DNA of 64,000 nucleotides from Promethearchaeota archaeon (GTDB lineage: Archaea; Asgardarchaeota; Lokiarchaeia; Sigyniarchaeales; SOKP01), in the NCBI GenBank assembly GCA_016839745.1, contig JAEOTS010000122.1:11977-75976 (forward strand), in the 5' to 3' direction. Each line of letters begins with the position of its first letter. Position 1 is the stretch's first letter. A program made the translations under genes and the position numbers. Shown here piece by piece: positions 49,188 through 56,908 of this stretch. A model generated the notes under the pieces. The model was not told the DNA's origin. It was given only the letters and a program-made list of their open reading frames with translations, and did not search any database.

Positions 49188-50405
49188 ATGAGTCTCCCCT
49201 TAGAAGGTAAAGTTGTTATTGACCTTGCTCGGATGCTACCTGGACCATATGCCTCAATGATATTGGCAGATCTTGGTGCAGAAGTTATAAGAGTTGAGGA
49301 TCCTAAGTATCCATACGCAAGTCCTCCACCATTTTTTCAGAAAGGTAGGTATCGTGAGAGTGCATTTAATTCAGTTATAATGAGAAATAAAAGATCTATA
49401 GCACTTGATTTAAAAAAAAGTCAAGCTTTAGAAATATTCTATAAATTAGTAGAAAAAGCAGATGTTATATTAGAAACTTTTAGACCAAAAGTTACAAATA
49501 AATTAAAAATTGATTATGATACATTATTTAAAATTAATAAATCAATAATTTATTGTTCATTGACAGGGTATGGTCAATACGGACCTTACGAACAAACAGC
49601 GGGTCATGACTTAAATTACATTGGAATTTGTGGGATATTAGATTTAAATAAAGAGAGAGAGTTAGAAGAGAAAAAAGATCAAGAAAGAAAACCTATTCTC
49701 CCTGGCGTGCAAGCCGCTGATATAGGAGGAGGATTGGTTTCAACAATTGGAATACTTGGAGCTTTACTTGAACGAGAGAGAAATCCCAAAAAAGAGGGTC
49801 AATATATTGATGTTTCTATGACGGATTGCGTTTTTTCTTTTATGCCTATGGCGGCTGCTTTTCAATTTTCTAAAGGTAAAAACGACGGTATGACTAAACC
49901 AAGAAATCCTTTGCACGGGGAAGTTCCATTTTATTCAATTTATAAAACCAAAGATAATAAGTATATGTCTGTCGGTGCGATTGAGGTAAAATTTTGGCGT
50001 GGTGTATGCAAGGGGCTTGGGCGGGAAGATTTAATACCAAAAGGAAATGTGTTGGGAATAGAAAAAGAGGAAGTATTCCGCGAAGTTCAAAATGAATTTT
50101 TAAAGAAAACCCAAAACGAATGGATGGAGATTTTTTCAAATATTGATGCTTGCGTTATGCCTGTAAAAACTTTCAGTGAAGCATGTGAAGATCCACAAAT
50201 TAAATCGCGAAACATGGTTGTTGATATGAATCATCCAAAATTTGGTAAAATTCAAAATGTAAACTCGCCAATTAAATATTCCAGAACACCTTTAACAATA
50301 AGGAGTTTAGCACCGCAAATTGGTCAAAATACAAGAGAAATTCTGAAGGAGCTTAACTACTCAGAAGAAGATATTAAAAATCTTAAAAAATCGGGAATAA
50401 TTTAA
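49188..50405 (+). CDS. CaiB/BaiF (family III) CoA-transferase / alpha-methylacyl-CoA racemase-like
   Basis: LPGPYASMILADLGAEVIRVE, RNKRSIALDLK, GYGQ.GP, GHDLNY. Confidence 0.92.
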   Translation: MSLPLEGKVVIDLARMLPGPYASMILADLGAEVIRVEDPKYPYASPPPFFQKGRYRESAFNSVIMRNKRSIALDLKKSQALEIFYKLVEKADVILETFRPKVTNKLKIDYDTLFKINKSIIYCSLTGYGQYGPYEQTAGHDLNYIGICGILDLNKERELEEKKDQERKPILPGVQAADIGGGLVSTIGILGALLERERNPKKEGQYIDVSMTDCVFSFMPMAAAFQFSKGKNDGMTKPRNPLHGEVPFYSIYKTKDNKYMSVGAIEVKFWRGVCKGLGREDLIPKGNVLGIEKEEVFREVQNEFLKKTQNEWMEIFSNIDACVMPVKTFSEACEDPQIKSRNMVVDMNHPKFGKIQNVNSPIKYSRTPLTIRSLAPQIGQNTREILKELNYSEEDIKNLKKSGII

Positions 50406-50505
50406 AGTTCAAATTTTTATTTAAACATAATTTTATTTAAGAAAATTATCATAATAAAGTAAAGAGGTTAGTATTACCTCATCTGAGTTTATATAAGGCA
50501 AAATT

Positions 50506-52038
50506 ATGACTGAAGAATCGCGTAAGAATGAAGATCGTGATAATGTTGAAAGGAAAGAAGCCACACAAGATAAAGATAGCGAAATAAAAAGGGGTAAACC
50601 CGTAGTTCTCAAAGCAGAGGCATATAAAACAATAATATTATATGCTAGTAGATACGCAAATCAAGCTATACCTTCCGAAGACTGGAAAGAAATATACGGT
50701 CTTTTAATCGGATTTTACGACGATGATTTCTTATATGTCGAAAGAGCAATTCCAATGACATATGGTCACGACACAGATGTAGAATTTAGCGAAACCGATT
50801 ATGGGGATGTTGAAAAAATACACGAGGAATTAGATAAAGAAGGCAAAGGATATTTTATCGTTGGATGGTTCCATTCTCATCCAGGTTTGACCTTATTCTT
50901 TTCATATATTGATCTTATTAATCAACTTGGATTTCAGGGCAAATTTAAGGATGCTATAGGATTGGTTTTCGATCATACTCTTCTTGGAAAGAAAAGGGAA
51001 GAGAAAATTGATAACAATATTCTAACTAAATATGACACGGGATTTGAGATATATCGGTTAACTGATGTAACAATGGATTCTAATTCCGTTGAGTTTGAGA
51101 CTAATTATCATAAAATCGATTATATTGTTGAAGGATTAAATAAATTCTTTTTTGCAAATGTTCTCGCGGAGTTATCTTCTTTAGCTTCAGCAGGAAAACC
51201 ACTTCAAGAAGCCTTTAAGGAGCATTATAGGCTAGAATCAGATTATAAAGATATTGATGGAGTGTTAGAGGACTCAAATATTGAATTATCACAAGAAAAT
51301 CTTGTCGATATCCCTTTATCAGAAGATATTAAATTCAACGTTGACGATATTTTTTATGAGACTATTATTGATAGCGATAAAATAAAGGAATTAGCGGATA
51401 AAATTATTTACGAAGGAAATCAAGCTTTTAAAAACAAAGATACTTTTACGGGTATAGAAAAATATCGCCGGGGCATTGAAAAATATAAAGAAATCAATGA
51501 TGTGAACCGGGTAATGGATTTGTTAAGAAAAGTATCAAGATCTTGCATAGCCAACAATCATCTAGTGATTGCCAGAGAATTCGCTGATGAATTATTTAAT
51601 CTAGCAGAATTTAACAATCAAATTTTTTATAAAGGTATAGCAAATTATATAATAGGTTATATTATCGTAAGAGAAGGAGACATAGACGTATTAGAATATG
51701 GTTTGAAAAAAATTGAAGAAGCAGCTGTAGATTTTATAAAAGTTAAAGATTTTGCTGGCGCTGGAATGGCTTTTAATAAAATTGGATTGAGTTATGAGAA
51801 AAAGATTAAACAAATTGGAACCGCATGCCTTTTTTATCGGGAAGCTATAGAAAATTACAATAATGGCTTGAGTTATAGTCACCCGCTACGAATTACCCCA
51901 TGGAGCAAGCCAGAAGTTCTGATTGAAAAAATAATAGAATTGAGAGATATCATTGATGTTCTGTTACCAGATATAGAAAATTCTGAGATAAAAAAGAAGG
52001 TTGTTAATGATCTGAAATCCATTCATTATAATTTTTAA
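50506..52038 (+). CDS. JAMM/MPN+ metallo-isopeptidase with a C-terminal TPR-like helical region
   Basis: EIYGLLIG and VGWFHSHPGLTLFFSYID give a complete E...HxHx7Sx2D motif; the C-terminus shows TPR-like A/G/Y periodicity. Confidence 0.82.
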   Translation: MTEESRKNEDRDNVERKEATQDKDSEIKRGKPVVLKAEAYKTIILYASRYANQAIPSEDWKEIYGLLIGFYDDDFLYVERAIPMTYGHDTDVEFSETDYGDVEKIHEELDKEGKGYFIVGWFHSHPGLTLFFSYIDLINQLGFQGKFKDAIGLVFDHTLLGKKREEKIDNNILTKYDTGFEIYRLTDVTMDSNSVEFETNYHKIDYIVEGLNKFFFANVLAELSSLASAGKPLQEAFKEHYRLESDYKDIDGVLEDSNIELSQENLVDIPLSEDIKFNVDDIFYETIIDSDKIKELADKIIYEGNQAFKNKDTFTGIEKYRRGIEKYKEINDVNRVMDLLRKVSRSCIANNHLVIAREFADELFNLAEFNNQIFYKGIANYIIGYIIVREGDIDVLEYGLKKIEEAAVDFIKVKDFAGAGMAFNKIGLSYEKKIKQIGTACLFYREAIENYNNGLSYSHPLRITPWSKPEVLIEKIIELRDIIDVLLPDIENSEIKKKVVNDLKSIHYNF

Positions 52039-52141
52039 TTTTAAAATAAATTTAAATATATAATTCCTATTTTGGAAGGGAACAATCAAAAAAATTAAAT
52101 TTTAGGATATATTTATTTTATTACATACTTCTTTTGGTTGG

Positions 52142-52828
52142 TTGACTATTCCACGTAAAAAACAAAAAATAAAATTTTCTCGCAAATTTGCTTGTAAACA
52201 TCTTACTCCTATGGGAGATATCGCAAATAGTTTACAACCATTATGCAGTTGCCCAGAAAGAGATTTAATTCTTGGTAAAAAAGCCTATGTCTGTCAAGTT
52301 TGCACACTTTATGTGCAAACCGGTCAGAAAGTTTCAGAAGTTTATGAAGAGAGTAGAAAAGGTGCAGAAAAAAAAATAAAAGAGAAAAAAATAGAATTAG
52401 AAGCATTTGAACTAGCCGAACTTAAAGGTGACAACGATCTCGACTTAACAATTGACGAATTTGAAGAAGAAGAGGAGGAAGAAATTCCACTAAAATTTGA
52501 AAAGAGAAAATTGGTAAAAGATGAGGTAGAAGATGCTGAGGAATTTACTGAGGTTGAATGCCCATTTTGTGGAGAATTATTTGATGATCTACGAGCCCAC
52601 TTACCAAATTGCGAATTTGCTCCCGAAGACGCAAGCATAGATGATATTATGCCTAGTAGAAAGAAGAAGAAAAAAGCAAAACCAGCTTCAGAAAAGGATA
52701 CTAAAGAAAAACAGGTTTGTCCTTATTGCGGAAAAGAATTTGTTCGATTAGGGCGTCATCTTACATCCTGCCCAAAAAAACCTGAAGATGTTGATGAAAA
52801 GGAAGAAAGCGGAAAAAAAAAAGCCTAG
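52142..52828 (+). CDS. Zinc-finger protein: N-terminal Cys cluster, acidic linker, two C2HC fingers
   Basis: CPFCGELFDDLRAHLPNC and CPYCGKEFVRLGRHLTSC; N-terminal CKHL..CSC..CQVC. Confidence 0.72.
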   Translation: MTIPRKKQKIKFSRKFACKHLTPMGDIANSLQPLCSCPERDLILGKKAYVCQVCTLYVQTGQKVSEVYEESRKGAEKKIKEKKIELEAFELAELKGDNDLDLTIDEFEEEEEEEIPLKFEKRKLVKDEVEDAEEFTEVECPFCGELFDDLRAHLPNCEFAPEDASIDDIMPSRKKKKKAKPASEKDTKEKQVCPYCGKEFVRLGRHLTSCPKKPEDVDEKEESGKKKA

Positions 52829-52913
52829 GAAGATGAATGAGAATACTAAAATTTCCTTAATTTAGTTTGTACTTTATATATTTTATATCCCTGGTCTTAT
52901 CTTACTAATTATT

Positions 52914-53840
52914 ATGACGCATAATGAAAGAATCTACTATTGTGAACCAGTATTTCGCCCCCCCTCAGAACATAATTCTCTATTAATTCAATTAACTGAA
53001 GGATGCACTTTCAAATGCGATTTTTGCATGTCAAATCTTAGAAAAAACTTTAAAATTAGATCAATTAAAGAAGTTAAAAAAGATTTGGATATAGCAGCGA
53101 ATAAACGGTTTAGTTCTTCCATAAGTAAACTTTTCTTTTTAGACGGAAATGCAATGGTAACCCCAACTGAAAAGCTCTTAGAACTTACTAGGTATGCTAT
53201 TAAAAAACTTCCAAAATTGAAAAGAGTGGGGGTTTATGCTCATGCTAAGGATATTTTGAAGAAATCGGACAATGATTTGAAAGAGTTATCAGATGCTGGA
53301 TTAAAAATTGCTTATGTAGGGTTCGAAAGCGGATATGATGTTCTACTTAAAGACGTTCATAAACATGCTACGAAGGCGGATTATATTAACATTTCTAAAA
53401 AATTATTTAAAGCCAACATCACCCTATCTGCTACCTTCATTAATGGCCTTGGTGGAGCAGGAAACGAGGATGTTTCTAAAGCTCATGCTCTTGAATCGGC
53501 GGATTTAATAAATCAAATTTGCCCCAATGATGATAGAATATGGTATATAGCATTTTTATCACTTATGATACCCCCCGGAACCGTTATGTATGAGAAGAAA
53601 ATAAGGGGTGATTTCATAGAAATGAACTCTAATGAGATTTTAAACGAATTGAAGATTTTCATTGAAGCGATTAACTTTAAAAATAAAGGTGCTAATTGTA
53701 TTTTTAGGTCGAACCACGCTTCTAATTACTTACCAATAAAAGGAACTTTAGAAAAGGATAAAGCCAAAATCTTAGAAGTTATTGATTTTGGATTTCATCA
53801 TAAGGAAGCATTAAGACCTGAATATTACCGTGCGTTATAA
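52914..53840 (+). CDS. Radical SAM protein (paralog of 45671..46579)
   Basis: FRPPSE..SLLIQLTEGCTFKCDFC, GFESG, FRSNHASNY. Confidence 0.88.
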   Translation: MTHNERIYYCEPVFRPPSEHNSLLIQLTEGCTFKCDFCMSNLRKNFKIRSIKEVKKDLDIAANKRFSSSISKLFFLDGNAMVTPTEKLLELTRYAIKKLPKLKRVGVYAHAKDILKKSDNDLKELSDAGLKIAYVGFESGYDVLLKDVHKHATKADYINISKKLFKANITLSATFINGLGGAGNEDVSKAHALESADLINQICPNDDRIWYIAFLSLMIPPGTVMYEKKIRGDFIEMNSNEILNELKIFIEAINFKNKGANCIFRSNHASNYLPIKGTLEKDKAKILEVIDFGFHHKEALRPEYYRAL

Positions 53841-53848
53841 GATTAATT

Positions 53849-54595
53849 TTACTTGTTAAAAATCACTATGTTATTGTATTTTGTGTATTGTTTAATAGGA
53901 CTTCTCTGTTTGTTAATAATTAAATTAATAATATCTTCAACCCTCTCAGGAGTTATTGATAACATTTCAGAGATTTCTCGTAATGACAATCTATCGTAAT
54001 TCTTAGACATTAAGTTAAATTGAATAAAAAGCAGATTTTGGAAAATAGTTGAAACTAAATATTTCAAATTTGGAAAGCTATCAACTTTATAATCTTTAAC
54101 GAATTTTATAATTTTCCCAGAAGCATCGTAATAGTTTAGAACTTTATAAGAACTAATGATAGTATACAATTTCTTAATAAAAGTGAAATATGTAATGATA
54201 TTATCTCGTAAATCGTAAAGATTATACTTGTTTAAATTGTCATCTACCTCATTTTTGAGCATTGCTAACAATTTTAAGAAGTCTTCCAAATTAGTCTCAG
54301 TAAGGGATTCCTTCAAAAGATTATTATATCGCCTAAGGTAAATATTACGATGGGTATCGAATTCACTAAGAACCTTCTGCCGGATTTCACTAAATTCTTT
54401 TAGCTCATGTTTTAAATCGAAGTAGGATTGAAATTCATCTATTAAAGTTAAGGCAGAATCTATTTTCGTTAAAGCAGATTTGAAATCCTCAATATCTATT
54501 TTTTTTGACACAATTGATTGATAAATATTTAATTCTTCAATTAGCTCCTTTTTCTGCTTATATTTAGCGAAATTACTATTAGAGGTCATATTCAA
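53849..54595 (-). CDS. Helical protein with a C-terminal PCI-like winged helix
   Basis: C-terminal YDRLSLREISEMLSITPERVEDIINLII...NIVIF resembles the PCI consensus; the N-terminus looks all-helical. Confidence 0.6.
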   Translation of the reverse strand: MNMTSNSNFAKYKQKKELIEELNIYQSIVSKKIDIEDFKSALTKIDSALTLIDEFQSYFDLKHELKEFSEIRQKVLSEFDTHRNIYLRRYNNLLKESLTETNLEDFLKLLAMLKNEVDDNLNKYNLYDLRDNIITYFTFIKKLYTIISSYKVLNYYDASGKIIKFVKDYKVDSFPNLKYLVSTIFQNLLFIQFNLMSKNYDRLSLREISEMLSITPERVEDIINLIINKQRSPIKQYTKYNNIVIFNK

Positions 54596-54729
54596 TTAGG
54601 AAAAAAAGGCTTTACGTATACCTATAATAACATTTATGATCAATCACTAATTTAAATTTTAAGATGAAAAATAATGGTTATATTAATTTCAAAAAGAAAA
54701 ATAAAAATTTTTATATTTTTATTAGTTTC

Positions 54730-55551
54730 TTAATCATCTTCAGTTTTGTTTGTTTTGTTTTGATCTTTTTCTGTTGCTTCTTCAAGTTTTTTTGCGTCAT
54801 CTTCAAGGGCTTCTACTTCTTCCTCTAATTCTTCTACTTCTTCCTCTAATTCTTCTACTTCTTCTTCTAATTCTTCAGCTTCTTCTCCTAATTCTTCTGC
54901 TTTTTCTTCTAATTCTTCTGCTTCTTCCTTTAATTCTTCTGCTTCTTCTTCTATTTCTTCTGCTTTTTCTTCTAATTCTTCAGCTTCTTCTTCTAATTCT
55001 TCTACTTCTTCCTCTAATTCTTCTACTTCTTCCTCTAATTCTTCTGCTTCTTCTCCTAATTCTTCTGCTTTTTCCTCTAATTCTTCTGCTTCTTCTTCTA
55101 ATTCTTCTGCTTTTTCCTCTAATTCTTCAGCTTTTTTTTCGATTTCTTTTGCTTTTTTCTTTGCTTTCTTTATCTTTTTCTCAATTTTAGCTTCTATTTC
55201 TTCTGCTTTTTCTTCCACTTTTTCTTCTAGTTCTTTAGCTTTATCCTCTACTTTCCGATCAAGTTTTTCAGCTTTTTTCTCTATTTTTTCATCAATCTCT
55301 TTTGCTTTAGCAAGAAATCCGGGTTTTTTATTACCTGGCCATGCGATATTTACAAAAAGCCCGAGGGAGACTATTACAACAGCTATAATAATATAAACGA
55401 TTAAATTATCTCGAGGAAAGAATTGTAAAACATACTCCATCCAAATTATCATAAATGTTCCCATCGGACTTACAATTGGGTACAAAAAGGTCAAAATAGC
55501 TGCAACTATGTCGGCAATAACTTGGATAAAATCGATAAGTAGGAGAATCAT
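54730..55551 (-). CDS. Membrane protein with an acidic repetitive coiled-coil tail
   Basis: Hydrophobic N-terminus, then 11-mer and 7-mer (A/V)EELEE(E/K) repeats. Confidence 0.8.
   Translation of the reverse strand: MILLLIDFIQVIADIVAAILTFLYPIVSPMGTFMIIWMEYVLQFFPRDNLIVYIIIAVVIVSLGLFVNIAWPGNKKPGFLAKAKEIDEKIEKKAEKLDRKVEDKAKELEEKVEEKAEEIEAKIEKKIKKAKKKAKEIEKKAEELEEKAEELEEEAEELEEKAEELGEEAEELEEEVEELEEEVEELEEEAEELEEKAEEIEEEAEELKEEAEELEEKAEELGEEAEELEEEVEELEEEVEELEEEVEALEDDAKKLEEATEKDQNKTNKTEDD
54796..55131. repeat. Coding tandem repeat, 16 x 21 bp
   Basis: Units like TTCTTCTAATTCTTCTGCTTC encode heptads from AEELEEK to VEALEDD; 336 bp = 16 x 21. Confidence 0.9.
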
Positions 55552-56063
55552 GATGAATCATTACCTCCTGTATCTTTTTTATATCTTTTTTCTCGAATTT
55601 TTTCTCGATTGAGAACGAAGTCAAAGAAATCATATCCTTTTAGAAGTATGGTAAGAAAATAGACTCCCATGTAGAGCATTACCATATTTTGAACATTTAT
55701 AGAAACAAAACCGACATTAATTATTTCAAATACTATTTCAAAACGTATTTCAGTAGCTCCACTAAATTTATACGACCATATATATAGACAGTTTAAAACT
55801 ATTTGTACTAAAGCGAAAGTTCCTTTTCTTACTGACTGTTTGGGTGATGAATAGTTAAAAAAAGCTGTTGCACTAATAAGAAGTCCGAAAGCAGAAATCC
55901 AAAAAATAATGTTCTCATAATCGTGTTGAGTTAATACAATGTCGACCCCTAAAATTGATAGATTCCTTACCCAAGTAAAAGTGAGAAAAGGAATAACCAT
56001 CGTGGTTACGATATAAACACCCATATAAATAATCCCTTTAATAATGTTGAAAAATCGTCCCAT
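55548..56063 (-). CDS. Four-TM hypothetical membrane protein
   Basis: Four hydrophobic helices; its stop overlaps the next start (ATGA at 55548-55551). Confidence 0.7.
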   Translation of the reverse strand: MGRFFNIIKGIIYMGVYIVTTMVIPFLTFTWVRNLSILGVDIVLTQHDYENIIFWISAFGLLISATAFFNYSSPKQSVRKGTFALVQIVLNCLYIWSYKFSGATEIRFEIVFEIINVGFVSINVQNMVMLYMGVYFLTILLKGYDFFDFVLNREKIREKRYKKDTGGNDSS

Positions 56064-56074
56064 TTAAATCACCC

Positions 56075-56608
56075 TCATGGATAATGCCCCAATGATACAT
56101 TAATTATAGCAACTGTAAAGGTATAGAGATTTAGTGAATAAGAAGCTCTAAATACAAGACCTGCGTAGAAATCTAATCCATAAGCCAAATTCACATCAGT
56201 AAGCGGTAATGATCCTGAATAACTATAATTCGCTTTGAGAGTTTGTCCTGGTAACACTGAACCATAAGATTGATATATATCAAAAATTTGAATAGTCTCA
56301 GTGGCATTACTATTCGAAATATTTGCGAAAGCCATATCGAGTTGAAATCCTAGAAATATGTTGGATAACTCATATATGCCTCCATTTGAAATATTAAAAG
56401 GAACGATAATTTCTATAGTTGAATTACCAATATCAGGATTAACTATTATAGGTCCATCGGGAACATTAATGTCGTCACTACCGGGATTCAAAATGGTTAC
56501 AGCAGACCAACCTCCCAATATAGACACAGCTGATAATGATAGCGTAAAAACCAATAAGAAAGCTCGAACAACCCACCTAAACACTCTAGACGGTCTCATA
56601 ATCACCAA
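56075..56608 (-). CDS. N-terminally anchored, exported beta-rich protein
   Basis: One N-terminal TM helix and several N-x-S/T sequons. The likely start is the ATG at 56599, after a GGTGA motif. Confidence 0.65.
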   Translation of the reverse strand: MVIMRPSRVFRWVVRAFLLVFTLSLSAVSILGGWSAVTILNPGSDDINVPDGPIIVNPDIGNSTIEIIVPFNISNGGIYELSNIFLGFQLDMAFANISNSNATETIQIFDIYQSYGSVLPGQTLKANYSYSGSLPLTDVNLAYGLDFYAGLVFRASYSLNLYTFTVAIINVSLGHYP

Positions 56609-56908
56609 TCTTTACAAATACTTTTTTATTAGATTTAGTAAGATAACAATAATTAGATAGGCATAAATATAAATTTATGGTCAAGTTTAACAAAAAAGGG
56701 AACTCTTTAAATACAACACGAGCAGTAATTTTAGCTGTTCATGTAAAATAAATTCCACTGCTCCATTTGAAAAGATGTTTTAAACAACCATCAGCAGTAT
56801 CATTTTTTTATGAGCTTATATTAACTTATATATAATTTATAACACTATTATTTATCTGAAATACTTAGTTTAATATTTTAATATAAAATTGAAAAAAATG
56901 AAGAAAAA

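Noticed and set aside
54750-55190. Leu-rich 146-aa ORF on the + strand; also considered the repeat as a CRISPR array
   Set aside because: It is the antisense shadow of the Glu-rich heptad repeat; the units are contiguous with no unique spacers.
56661-56908. Metal-sensing riboswitch ahead of the P-type ATPase
   Set aside because: I could not match yybP-ykoY or M-box consensus elements; a covariance-model search would be needed.
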